Shown here in pieces: positions 13,714-26,889 of a stretch of 64,000 nt of DNA. The position numbers were made by a program, and so were the translations under genes. The DNA lies in NCBI RefSeq assembly GCF_964355755.1, contig NC_092671.1, forward strand, positions 5,270,001 through 5,334,000. The letters run 5' to 3'. Source of the stretch: Antedon mediterranea (taxonomy: Eukaryota; Animalia; Echinodermata). Position 1 is the stretch's first letter; each line of letters opens with the position of its first letter. The notes below the pieces were generated by a model that ran no database searches, was not told the DNA's origin, and saw only the letters and a list, made by a program, of their open reading frames with translations.

Positions 13714-14729
13714 ACTAGCAATTATACCCGTCCCAGGGCGGGTTTCCAATTTAGTTTAAACTGTCTCAATGAAATTCCGATTAATTTGATGAACCTCATA
13801 ACCACCTGGACGCCAGTATCTCCCTATACTCACCAACTCAATCACACCAAACACTCGGGTGATTTGTTAGAAATAAATTCTTCTACTTCCAAGAACTTTA
13901 GCTTGATAATAGGAGTGCCATACATAGCTGATAGGCATGGCTTAAGTACTTTGCAAACTGTGTAAAATGAATAGGTGTCATATTGAATAATGATTAAAAT
14001 ATCTAATTTTGATACCTCTCCAATAGCCTAACCCTAACCCAGGGCGAGTTTCAAACTTAGTTTATCTCCCTATACTCACGAACCTCTCTTCAATAAAACC
14101 CCACACTCTTTTTCAAAAACAAATTCTTCCCAGTGCAGGACAAATTCAATTCAACTTTAGCGTCAAAATGAGAGAGGTATACATATGATATGCCTATATT
14201 TTAAGTACGTTGTAAACTGTGTAAATGAATAGGTGTCATATTGGCTGATAATTAAAATATCTAATTTTGATAGGCCTACATTCCCAACCCCAAACTCCCA
14301 GCCTCTTTTTCCAACCACAATTCTGGTAAATTTGATAGCCTACTACCCCTAGCCTAAGCAAAATCCCAACTATCCCCTAAACCCCAACTCCCAACTCCCC
14401 CTCTCCCACCAAATCCACAGACTTTTCGAAATGTAGTTTAAAACCTTCCCGGTACAATTGCGATCATTTTGATATCCCTGGTTACGTGCAGAAACAGAAA
14501 TTTGTATAACGAACAAACATCGAAAGTGGGGAAAAGTGGGCCATTTTGACCACATTTTGGCCCCTAACCTGGATCCTAGATGGTGGATGATGTTCTAATG
14601 TAGTTTAGAACCTTACCGGTACAATTCCGGTCATTTTGATACCCCATATGTAAGGTTACGTGCAGTAACAAAAATTTGTATAACGAACAAACAAACAGAC
14701 GTACAAACTCTCTCACTTATAATATAGAT
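13714..14729 (+). mobile_element. Non-autonomous Helitron/Helentron-like element
   Basis: Starts ACTAG followed by a CCCGTCC-CAG-GGCGGG hairpin; ends with an (AAAC)n/CAGAC microsatellite and CTTATAATATAGAT; has internal direct duplications. Confidence 0.55.
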
Positions 14730-16039
14730 ACTTCTATTATGATGATATTGATTTGCTTATCTACTTCAGGCTAATAATATTACAACTCTTGTTGACAATA
14801 TGTGAAAAAATACTTATACCTGAGTGCCCAGGCATTACGAGGGCCCGAATTTAATACGGTACCCTTCCCTAATTCAATGTATTGTAAAAATAACTCACTT
14901 TTCGTTTATTGAGGTATTACACACATTATGATATTAATGCGTCCCACGATCAATGTGTTTGTGTTTTGTGTTGTCGTGACAACAATTACATTGGAACATG
15001 TACTATACACGTTCTAATAGATTGAATTGTCTAATGAAGCAACTCTTTCATTACAAGTTCAGTGTACTAATCGACTGAACCACGCATGTTTTTCTAGTTC
15101 AATAATATACTACTGTAGTAACAAGCATTCAAATGACAACAATGTATCATTGCTAGTCATGAATCGTTAACAACTTTAACTACAACCGTACTACTCCTAC
15201 AAGTGCAAACAGGTTTGTTTGTTTATATTTTTTGATAGCACACTAAACATAAATTATAATATTCCATTACAGGTAATATTCAGACGTAAAATCTTTCAGT
15301 TTGATCTTTTTAGAATTATTTTATTAAATTCAAAATATAAATTAGATATTGGTGTTTTGAGTGTCATTTAAAAAACAAATACTGTATATCAACAAAACAA
15401 CAAAATTGTACAAAATGACAGTCTCTTTATTTAAAAAGTAACAAACAGCATAGGGTTCATATGATATAACGGACAACATAAAGATGCCAATTTTGAAAAT
15501 AGTTCCGCGTATACTTCTGGAGCCCCATGACTATTTTTTAAATAAAAAAGAAAGAAGAAATTAAATGGTCAACAAAATCAGTCAACTTGCCATCAAAATT
15601 GATAATCAATTGATAATCAAAATCGTTAGGTAAATGATCGTCATTTTTTGTTAACCATGCCAGCATTTTTATCTTATAAACAAAATTGCTAAAAAAACAA
15701 GCCCGGGCGTCCAACTGCCAACTTTTTGCTATTTGTTTTACCCTTATGTAAAAATCAAGATAAATTCCGAAACTATATATTCATTATTTTGTTGGTGATA
15801 GGTTACTGTACCAATAATAGTATTACTGTAAAAAAAACAATTTGATTTAGTTTTCATTGATATATTCTAAAGAACAATTTGTTCAAATACCAGAATTTAG
15901 TTTAATATCAAGAATAGATACGTGTTTTTAAACGTGCCAATTGGATAGTAGGCGTATTTGAACTAATTACAGAATTGATGACTTCTAATGCAATGTGAAA
16001 ATATTAACTAACTGTGATAGAAAAAAAACTTGCAAAAAA

Positions 16040-16460
16040 TCTTTCAACTATGTTTCTTGTAAATATATAGATAAGGAATTTTAATATAATCATAATTAAA
16101 GCTAAACTTCAATAAATTGGTTATAATACATATATATATATATATATATAATACATTGTTATAATTGGTCAATTTTGAACTTTGACCCTTATATCTCGAA
16201 CACGCTTCCTATTCTGATCGATTACCTTCTATAAAAGTTGAATGGTAATTTATCCTTTTGTTCTTTCAACTATGTTCCTTGTAAATATATAGATAAGAAA
16301 TTTTAATATAATCATAATTAACACTAAACTTCAATAAATTGGTTATAATACATATATTTATAATACATTGTTATAATTGGTCAACTTTGAACTTTGACCC
16401 TTACATCTCGAAAACGCTTCCTATTCTGATCGATTACCTTCTAGAAAAGTTGGATGGCAA
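16040..16460. repeat. Local tandem duplication, ~200-220-bp unit
   Basis: TCTTTCAACTATGTT...GATCGATTACCTTCTA is repeated at ~16040 and ~16262; the first copy has an expanded (TA)n. Confidence 0.85.
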
Positions 16461-17599
16461 TTTGTCCCCTTTCGGGTGGTGATTCCCTCCTCATGCCACC
16501 GGACTATACCGCATTCCGGGTTGCATTTTACAAAAATAATTTACGTTTACAAAAATAACCTATTTAAACAATGATTGTAGATTCGCACTATATCTTAACA
16601 TCAGTATCTGCTGTTGTGTAAAGATGTCGTGATCATTACAGTGAACAAGATCATTGTCTATAATGGTTGATCCTTTCATTTATTGTGATAATACCATACA
16701 ATTAAATTAAACATCTTTTTGAAAATTTCATGTACACACACTTTGGTTTATGCAAAAGTTTTAAGAAATTATCATTGAATGTCATACTAATTTCAATGTT
16801 GTTTTCTGGTTTTTTTTTAGCCAAATACTTTCATCTTGTTTATCAACAGAGTTTAAATAACGCACTCTTCACTTGGTCAAGATTAAGTGCTAAAATAAAG
16901 AATCGAAATAAAGGTGATTAAATCTCACAAACTGCAAGTTCGTTCCCCTAACGGGGTTTTATTTCCACAATATTTAGGCCTCTGGCCCTTATATCTTACA
17001 TACAAATCATACAATAATATTTTCTGGTTGGGTTGCAAAATAATATTTTCTATTTTCGTAAGCTAAATAAACAAAATTTGCTAAATCTTGGACTACTCTA
17101 GTGTTGCACATTAAAAAAATAAAACCTATTTAAACAAGTAAAAACTGAACTAAAAATAAAATTCACTACAGGATGATTGCATAAATTTGTAAGGTAAGTA
17201 ACACCTTAAAGAATACGAATGAAGTATAACATAGTTGTTGTGAATACAACTTTATACTAAATAAATAACTTTATTACTTTAATAATTTAAAAAAAAAAAA
17301 CTTAAACATACAATCAATTACATGATAATAATAAAGAAAATATACGAATTTTTTGACAGAATCCTCAATAAATTGCTTTTGTGGATTCAAGGTATCGTGG
17401 GACAATCGACTACTATAAACTACGATGGCAAAAGATTCTGAGCTGAAATCTCTCGGTTAGACATTTTTCTGAATTTTTCTGTTTACATAATAATTAAACA
17501 TCGTAGAATTACACTAGATTATAGTAAATCGTATCATTATTATCATCATTATCATTTCATTTCATTAATTGAAATCTTACTCTTTTCATATTTCAGAAA

Positions 17600-20253
17600 A
17601 TGTCAAATTTTGAAGAGACATTCAACACCTTTCTTGCAAATCTAAACAAAATATACCAAAGTCAAAAAGTGCGTTGGCTTAAACTTCTATTATACGACCA
17701 TATCAACAAAAGTGACTTAAGCCAAAAAGGTATTTCAGCACGGCACTTGTTTAATGAACTGAAACGCATAGGTTGTATTTCTAATGACCCTATAGATGTG
17801 GAAATTCTGTTGGACATAGCTGAAGTAACCAAAGAGAAGGATGCGATCAAATTAATAACCACGTTTAAAAAAACGAATGAATCAAATTATCGCTTCATCA
17901 ACGACAGGCCAATAACAGATTTTCGCAAAAAGTTATTTGAAGCTTTAACAGAAAATACAACTCTTTGGGAACACATAGCTGACAACTACGATATAAGTCA
18001 TAAGGGCTTTGATAATATTTGGGATTTGGTATTCCATCTGGAGACGGAAAAAATGTTGGTGGACAATGAGGAATCGTGGGAAAGATTTTCCAAGAATTTG
18101 AATGCCGCTGCAATGTCATTTGGTATGTAGGGCCTAAACACCTACTTTATATAAAACACTAAAACTACTTTGTAGACGTACGGTAATTTACAAAAGCTGA
18201 TAATTAAATATTTGTTTAGTAGTTGGATCATTGATACATTTAAAAATGTTAATTAAAATAGTGTATGTATTTTTATTACAGATGTTGAAACAACTAGTTC
18301 TCATTTTAAGGTAAATATGAGGTTGATATTTATCTGCCGTGTACTCTATTACAACACATTCATAAATAGTATTACACATTTTTTACAATAAGCAAACAGA
18401 ATCAGTCATAAAATGTAAAAGACATCATAGCATTTTTTTTGTTAATAGTCATATTCATTTTTTCATTCCAAAGAAGTGCGATTATGATTATTGTGAAAAA
18501 GTACTGTATGATATTGCATGTATTTATTTCCGGTTATTATTAAATTATTTATTAACATTTTAAAACAATTTTTATCAACCAAAATTATAAAATGATAGTA
18601 AAATAATATTTTATTTTAAAATTTGAAGGTAACAAGTAATAAAATGCCAGGTAAAGAAGAACATGATCCACTGTTTTGTGAGGTTTGCAAGCATTGTAAA
18701 CAAATCACAAAGTGTAAAAGCCTTGGACATAATATAATTAAAAAAAGTGAGGCTAAAACAATACTCAAGCGAAAGGCAAATGAAGTCATTCAGAAAATAG
18801 ACAAGAAAATTAAGATTGTTTCTAAAAGCAAAACAAACATTGAACATGATAACAGTTCGTGCAAAGGGAACATGGAAGACCACATGAATTCTATTTTAAA
18901 ACAAATCGAACAAGAATGCAATGACAAAGTTGATGGTTTGACCACTATTTGTACACAAAAGTTAGAAGTTTTTGAGAAGGACGTAGACAATCTTGAGCGC
19001 CATAGCAATAATTTGAAAACGGTGATTGAGAAGATTGACAATCCAAATGAGACAGAAGATTTTGAGTCCCACAAGAACACAATTGATAAGACTGAAGAAG
19101 AAGTAAATAAATATCCTGATTCCGAAGAGGATTTTTCTTCCACGTTTATGTCAAATGATATTGACTTTGGTACATTAGTAAGTGATTACTGTACATATAT
19201 TATTGGTAAAGACGATAAATCATTTTCAGTAACAATGGGTCAGCCATTTACAGTGAATTTAGAAAAGCAAGATGGGAGGAATATGGATACATGTGCATTA
19301 GCTGCTACTTTGATATACTCATCAGTTGAAAAATTTCCGACTGACGATGTAGAAAGGCTGACAAGTGGAATGTACAGAATAAAAGGTCGATGTAATAAGG
19401 AAGGTAATTGCATATTGGCGATCACTGAAGGAGTTAACCAAGTCAAATTATCAGAGGTTAAAGTGGAACCATTAGGCTTTGTACGTACAATACTTGACAA
19501 AACGAATGATTTTCAATATGTAACAGATGTTTTAGGCACAAATGATTGTATATTAGCATCAGGAAAGAGCAAAAAGTTACTGATATTTAACGAGTCAAAT
19601 TTTGACGGGAAAATGTCACAAGATGTAGGCCTAAAGATCAACAAAATGTGTCGGATGTCCAACGGTGGAATTGTTTGTAGCGACACACACAAAAGAAGAG
19701 TTGTCATGCTAAATAATAAATTTCAAGAAGTCGCTCAGTTTACTACAGAAGATATGGAATCTCCAGAAGGTTTGACAGTCAACAATGAAGCACTGTATGT
19801 GGTAGACAGAACAGCTCATTGCATTTTTAAATAGTCAAGATTGATGATAGTGAACTGCCGCCGCGTAGGATAGGTTCATATGGTAGTGAAAACGATGAAC
19901 TAAATCTACCACACGACGTTACTTTAACTCACGAGGGTAATATAATGGTTACTGATTTTGGCAATCATAGAGTACAAATGCTTGATGCAAATGGAAGGTT
20001 TTTGAAGACAATTGCTGGAAAGGGAGAGAAAGATGGGGAGGTTATGTCTCCGAGCAGTATATTAATGGACATGGATGGAAATATAATAGTTTCAAGTCAG
20101 AATAAACTTCAATTATTTGATGAAAATGGCGATTTCTTAAAACGAATTGATGATGGTATTAATCTACCAAATGCAATCTGTGTAGTCTCCAAAAGACCAA
20201 GGAGATTAGCTGTCAATTCGGGTAAAAACAATGTTAAGTTGTATAATTACTAA
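17600..20253 (+). pseudogene. Tandem DED-like + B-box-like + coiled coil + filamin-like + NHL-repeat protein, copy 1 (frameshifted)
   Basis: Exons 17600-18122, 18282-18310 and 18629-20253 have GT/AG ends and compatible phases (1, 0). The N-terminus resembles DED consensus (FL..L....LKLLLYDHI...LFNELKR.G.IS). Also present: Cys/His cluster HDPLFCEVCKHC...CKSLGH, filamin-like 'LTSGMYRIKGRCNKEGNCILAIT', and NHL motifs SPEGLTV, LPHDVTL, VTDFGNHRVQ. A 2-bp excess at ~19832 gives a premature TAG; the downstream frame continues to 20253. Confidence 0.8.
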
Positions 20254-20519
20254 ACATTCAAGTTGCTTCATCATAGACAGAGTTTACAATTAAATCAAAT
20301 TGATGAGTAATCAAAAATACATCATAGGCAAAGCGTTTAGGCCCATGTATATTATTGTCAAAGGGATTACTTTAATAATGTTCTGCTACAGATTACTATA
20401 GATTTATTAATAGATTTAATAGATTTATTTTAAATACAGTACTAAATCATTCAATGTGAAATCACTATTTTGCAACATTTTACTTTTAATCCAGTTTACT
20501 TTTTTTCCAAAATCTTAAT

Positions 20520-20724
20520 TGTTCTGTTTGGGAGGTTGCTGGGTTTGTTTACTTGAATCTTTACTGCAAATAAGTACCACACACGAATTGATTATAACAA
20601 CATCATTCATTTATTAAACAATAACAAACTTTACTGTGACGATACAATCGCCATTTTCAACAACAACGAAAATCCAACAACAGAGGGCGCTATGACCCTT
20701 TTGGAATACGGCACTGTCTTAACG
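20520..20724 (-). repeat. 3' LTR of the BEL/Pao element
   Basis: Near-identical to 26769-26889 except for an ~84-bp segment missing from the other LTR; the terminal base is G instead of A at 20724. Confidence 0.9.
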
Positions 20725-23700
20725 AATTTCTTAGGAAATTCGCCTTATCAATCAAGGTATCAAGTCATGTACTTATTTTTCTGTAATATTAATCAACAGA
20801 TTAAATTTCTTTTAACATTAACATGATTTAAGTTGCATAAAATTACGCGCCTTTGAAGTCAAAACTAATAATCACGGGCTCGATTCTTCGACTTGATCGT
20901 CACATTTCATCAACTTTACGAGCTTTGCCACTGGTCGTCGATAAGCCTTTTTGTTAACACGAACATCCACCACTCTCACTCGATTGTCACTGCTTGGATA
21001 GAGTGCCGAGACAACACCGACTGGCCACTGAGATCGGCTCAACTGGGGATCTACTATCATCACCACGTCTCCAACTTCTAAGTTTTCGACTTCCTTCTGC
21101 CACTTCTGGCGCCTTTGCAGAGTCGGTAAGTATGACCTGATGAACTGACGCCAAAACTGATCCGCTATACTAGAACTTGACTATGTCGCCAATTACGCCG
21201 TCCTTTCAGTTCTGACTCGTCGTACACAACCAGAGGTAGGGCAGGATCCCGCCGCCCCATCAACAGCATATTTGGCGTAACTGGGTCGATATCAGCTATC
21301 TCGGAGGATGCGTAGCCAAGAGGTTTAGAGTTCATAATACCTTCCATTTCCGTCAGAACAGTACGTAGCACAACATCAGGTACTACTCGGTCTCGTAGAA
21401 CCCCTTTCAGCGCACATTTGATAGAGCGCACTTCCCGCTCCCACAATCCACCGAAATGAGGAGCACTTGGAGGGTTGAAGCAAAATCTCACTTTAAATTT
21501 TGCCAGACGACTGGTTAACTCTGGTTCCATTGCCTTCAGTGCAGTCTCAATCTCTTTCTCAGCTCCCTTGAAGTTTGTCCCACAGTCACTACGGAGCTCA
21601 TATGGTACTCCTCTGCGTGAGGCAAAACGCCTATACGCCATCAGAAAATGATCCACATCAAGAGACTCTATCAGTTCTAGATGAACGGCACGGGTCGTCA
21701 TACACTTGAAGACAAGGCCCCAACGCTTCTCTTATGACCGCCTAACTTTCACTGCAATTGGATCAAAGCAATCCATCCCGGTAGAATAGAAAGGAGGCTT
21801 ATTTACCCTTAATCGGGATTCCGGCAAATCAGCCATTCTGGGTATCAATGGTTTCTGCCGCCAACGTTTTCAGTCAGAGCATTTTCTGAGTACTGTATAC
21901 CTTTAACAGAGGTTCGTCTTCTCAATATCCAGAAGCGACGACGCAGATAGGCGAAAACTTGCTCGGTTCCGGCCTGGTGGCTGAAATGATTATCAACATC
22001 CTGGATAAGCAACTTGGTTACTGGATGTGATGATGGGAGGACAATTGGTTGTGGTTCTACACTAGTTTTGTTATCCATTTTCCTTAAACGTCCACCAACT
22101 CTAATTAGATTCGTCGTTTCATCCAGCTCTGGAGAGAGCTCCAACAGACGACTACTCGTCGGTATTTCTTTCTGAGTTTTGAGCGTAGCAATCTCTTCTT
22201 TAAATGATTCTTGTTGGGCTCGTTGCAAGAGTTGATATTCGGCATCACATACTTGTTCTGCAGTTAATACAACTGAATCTTGTCCATCAACTGCGTTGAG
22301 TTTCTCTCCCAGTGCTTGTACAAATTCTGGCCAGGTCGGGAATTCTTCCAAATCTATATTCTGTACTGGAGTCGCCAAGGTTACACCACAGAATAGGGAC
22401 TTCTTTATCTCGTTGGTAGCTACAGATGAATTTAATGATGAGACTCGAGTTAGTGCCAGCACTGAGGCACTATGACTCTGCCACGTATCTTCTGCCTCTA
22501 GCAGCCATGAAGGTCTATCAGTCCATCTCGATCTTTTTCCGAGCTCTGCCACTGACACAGACCTCGAGTAATGTCATCTGCAGGGTTTTCATCTGTTCGC
22601 CACACACTGTGTCGGATGTCAACGTCTGGATTTCAGCTATCCGAGTCCCCACAAACACCTTAAAGCGACAGGAATCTGATTGTATCCATGTAAGAACTGT
22701 TGTTGAATCGCTCCACATATTAATATGTTCCACATCCAGAGTGAGTGCATTGGTGATAGTCTGAGCTAGTTGTGCACCAAGAAGAGCCCCAAGTAATTCC
22801 AGGCGTGGTATGGAAGTTAGGCGTTTTGGTGCTACTCTGCATTTGGCCAACACGGAACTCATGTGAACACTACCGTCACTATCCATTGAGCGCAAGTAGG
22901 CAATGGCACCATAAAGCTTCTCTGAGGCATCACAAAACACATGTAATGTCCTTTTTACAATTGTGCTGTTCATGTTAGATGGTGTATAGCAAGGAACTTT
23001 CTCCAATTCATCACACAATTCTTCCCACCTTTGCCGAATGTCAGGATCTTTTACTTCTTCATCCCAATCAAGCTTTGTTGACCATAGTTCTTGAACGATC
23101 GTTTTGGCTGTGGATGTGAAAGGTGCTATATCTCCGAGTGGTTAAAACTGACTGGCAAGCACTCTGAGAGCATTGCGTTTGGTAAGTTTTCGGTTATCTG
23201 GAGATTTGGCTGGGTGGTATAACTCATCACTGTGACAATCCCAATAAAGTCCTAAAGCTGGCTCTGGTTCCCCATCAATTTGACTGAGGGAAAGTGACTG
23301 CAATTGATGACCGGACTGCACGTCAGTGGGTAAGTGTTCAACTACATCTCGATGGCTACTGGCATATTTTACCATTTGGAACCCAGCTTCATTTAGACAC
23401 TCACATGTCTTGTCTCCAAGTTCCCTGGCTTCTGGTATAGTGTTACGACTGGCTAGTTGATTATCCACATATCTCATTTTCGATGGTATCCTTGACAATT
23501 GGGTAGCGATCTTTTCTATCATTTGCCACCTTTTGTAAGGCAAATGTTGCACAACAAGGGCTACAAGCAGCTCCAAATGGGAGTACCAGCCACTCCATTA
23601 CAAGCCAAGTATCCATCTCGTCATCCCACCAGAGAAATCGCAACATACGTCGGTCTTCTGGGGCCAGTCTCACTTGATGGAACATTGCTGTGATATCACC

Positions 23701-25567
23701 AGATACTTCAACGCGTCCATGGCTGGACTTAGAGTCGGTCCAGCGAGTAACTCATCGTTCAGATTCTGACCATCATATTCAAACGAACAGTTGAAGACAA
23801 GTCTGTACTTCCCACTACTGTGTACCACATGACAGGGGATGTACCATCCTAATTGCTGCTCCGGAGACAATGTGTCGACAGGCCCTATAACTCGTATGGA
23901 GCTGTTCGTCTTCAGCTTGTTAATATATGATCGACAGAAGTCTACCAACTCTGGTTTGCGGGATATTTTTCTCTGGGTAGAAAGAGCTAGGCTCTGAACA
24001 CATCTTGGTGTACTAGACGGGGGTCTGTACCCAGGTTTCCACAGGAGTGGTGTCTGGAGTCTCTGTACACCTTGGACCTCGACCTGTTTGGTACCATTTT
24101 CCAATGTCTGAATAGCAAACTTGTCATTTTTGACCGCCCAGATTCCTTTGGATTTACATGGTGCAACACATCTACCGCCATAAATCTTTCCATTAATTGG
24201 TGCAGCTTATGTTCTGGTTGAGTGCTAGTGTACATCATCTGAGGATGTCCTAGTAGCTTTCCTTGTTTCTGGAGATCCTGCTTTCCCTGTACAGTCCAAC
24301 CAAAAAGTGTCTTGACTGCAACTGGTGAACCTGTTTTGGGTCCTCTTCTAGTTTCCAACGACAGAGTGCATTCAATGTTATCAGCACCAATCAATATCGT
24401 CGGCTGCACCTTTTCGGCAGTAAATAATGGTAGTCCTCTAAGGTGTGGCCATTTTGACTGCAACCTCTCCGCAGAAACTGTATAATCCACAAGTTGGACT
24501 TTAGTGGCGGCAAAGGCACACTTGATATTGAATGTCTGGTCTGGTTCTTCTCTGGGCGAGAGAGTGAAGTCCACACATTTTCCTTTCCAGTCAGTGTCAC
24601 CCGTTACCGTTTTGACTTTGATTGACTCTTCTTCACCATTAATGCCCAGTTCATTTATCAATCTTTCTGATACCATCGTGCGTTCTGCACAGTTATCAAG
24701 GACACCGTATGTGTTTACTAAACCTTTTGCACCATAGATGGTTAGGGGTACAACTTTGATTAGTACATCGTGGTAGTCTAGTTTAGCAGTTAAACCCATT
24801 CCAGTACATAGTTGAGTTGGATTAGGTACTGGTTCAACTGGGGCTGGAGCTGGTGCTGGTGCAATCACTTTGTGGAGACTACTTCTGTGGTCCTTTTTAC
24901 ATTCCTTGCACCTTTTTGGAAATGGGCAAACACCATCATGCTTCTTAGCACACTTTTTGCACCGGTTGGTGGTCTCCAACCATTTAATTTTGTCTGCATA
25001 GCTAATCTTGGAGCAGTTACCACATGTTTCTAGGTAATGTCCGCTTTCATCAACATCACAATACAGGCATGTAACACGCTTCTTAGCCTTTGAACTACTT
25101 TGAGTAATATAAGCCTTCGTGGCAGGCGGTTGCTCACGTTTCTTCTGCTGTTTTGCGGTTACATATGGTTTTTGGTCTCCTGTACCATGACTCATTTTTT
25201 CTAGCAGTATTAGACCAGCTGGTCCTGTTTTCTCCTCTAACCATGTTGAAAGGTTTTGAACAGTATAGGTCATTCCCTTTTCCTGTTTCCACATCTTGGA
25301 TAGGAACTCATCGTGGAGCCTGTCTGGTAGTTTCTTTGTCAGGTCTGCCGCATACCGATGGTGATTCAGCCCATTCCCATGGTTTAATTTGTTGGCAGTC
25401 TGGACCACAGTTACCAGTTCATCCGAAAAATCTATGAGACCAGCCCAGTCCCCTTGATGTATTGTAGGACGTACCTGGAGCTGGTCCAATAACCCTTGAA
25501 CGATTCTACTGGGATCACCAAAGGCCTTCTCCAATTGTTTCATGGTTTCCTTGTAAGCGTCATCTTC

Positions 25568-25680
25568 TTTTTATGGTTTTATGCTATATTTGTTTTTATA
25601 GTGTTTTCTTTGTTATTATGACGAGCAATGAATTTCCTTTTTGAGGATCAATAAAAGTTATCTTATCTTATCTTATCTTC
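25568..25680 (+). mobile_element. Short 5'-truncated non-LTR retroelement tail inserted in BEL gag
   Basis: AT-rich segment ending GAGGATCAATAAAAG-(TTATC)n, flanked by duplicated ATCTTC (25562-25567, 25675-25680); it interrupts the gag frame. Confidence 0.7.
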
Positions 25681-26748
25681 TAGCATGAGGCTACGGTAAG
25701 CCATTGCTAATGGTCGTCCGCCAAGGTGACTACGTAAATATGCAAACTTAGTTGCTTCGGGTAGCTGTAATTTCGCCTGACTCATCACACTATCCCATAC
25801 TGATTTAAATGTCACATACTGCTTAACATCGTGTTCATCACAGAATTTTGGTATATTCAGTTTTGGTAAACCATCCCAAACTCTACTAATACCAAACACT
25901 GGGTTAATACTCTGGGTCGTTGGTTGGTATGTCGGTTGGTATGCCGGTACTCCAGGAGATGGATTGAATGATGATGCAGTAGAATTTAGTACCGGTATGT
26001 CAGTACAAAGTTCAGTATTCTGTACATTACTTGTCGTAACGGCATGCATTTGATGTTGTATAATATTTTGCACATCATTCATAGGCACTGGCATATGCGG
26101 TATTGTACTTTGTGCATCACTAGTGAACCTGGACATCAGTACTTACTACATCAGTAACCATGGTAAACGTAGGTTTAGTGTTCGCCACCCCGTGTGATGA
26201 GATGGTTTGTATGGGTGTGTACTGATTCATCATACTGTTTACCGCATAAGTTTGTTGAGTACACACTTTCGGTCTGGTTGCATTCTGTATTTCTGTCCGA
26301 TTAATAATACTAGCACTGCTAGTAGGCCTAGTAGCAAAAACGCTTTCACTGACCGGTACCGTAACAGTCCTTGTAACAGGGTCTGGACTGCTTTCTGTAA
26401 GGTTGATGTCAGTCATTGTTGCGTCTGCCAGGAATTTCTTCACATGATCTTCGGACGTTTCGTTGGGAGATGTGGTTAACAATTCATTTAGGTCTTCATT
26501 TAGAACGGCGGTGAGTGTGTCCGCCTGTGCTCGTAGAGCCTGTGCCTTGCTCCTCGCCTTTAGTATATGTAACTCGGCTTCTTTAGATGCAATTTCCACT
26601 GCAGCCATCGCTTCTGTCGCGGCAGCAGCGGCATCTGCTACGATAGCTTTGATGATCGGCGACTGGAGCACGTGCGTGGATCGGTTAGACATACTTGTTT
26701 AGGCTAGGCTAGGCTATCAGTAAAATGTGATAACTTACTTCTCAAATA

Positions 26749-26766
26749 ATCCGACTCGAGGGACCA
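26749..26766 (-). promoter_or_regulatory. Primer-binding site, tRNA-Tyr-like
   Basis: The minus strand reads TGGTCCCTCGAGTCGGAT just inside the 5' LTR, close to the complement of the eukaryotic tRNA-Tyr 3' end (TGGTCCTTCGAGCCGGAT) commonly used by BEL elements. Confidence 0.7.
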
Positions 26767-26768
26767 AA

Positions 26769-26889
26769 TGTTCTGTTTGGGAGGTTGCTGGGTTTGTTTA
26801 CTGACGATACAATCGCCATTTTGAACAACAACGAAAATCCAACAACAGAGGGCGCTATGACCCTTTTGGAATACGGCACTGTCTTAACA
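26769..26889 (-). repeat. 5' LTR of the BEL/Pao element (internally deleted)
   Basis: TG...CA termini; matches the 3' LTR with a deletion between TTTACT microhomologies. Confidence 0.9.

Larger units (their letters stand above)
20520..26889 (-). mobile_element. Full-length decayed BEL/Pao LTR retrotransposon (gag-PR-RT-RH-IN)
   Basis: LTRs at 20520-20724 and 26769-26889; 5-bp TSD TTAAT (20515-20519, 26890-26894). Three gag Cys/His knuckles ending HRSSLH; protease LDNCA; RT MFHQV/RFLW/LPFGAACSP/YVDN; RNase H FCDAS and IPRLELLGA; integrase RAVHLE, SDCGTNF, PHFGGLWE. Several stops and frameshifts. Confidence 0.95.
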
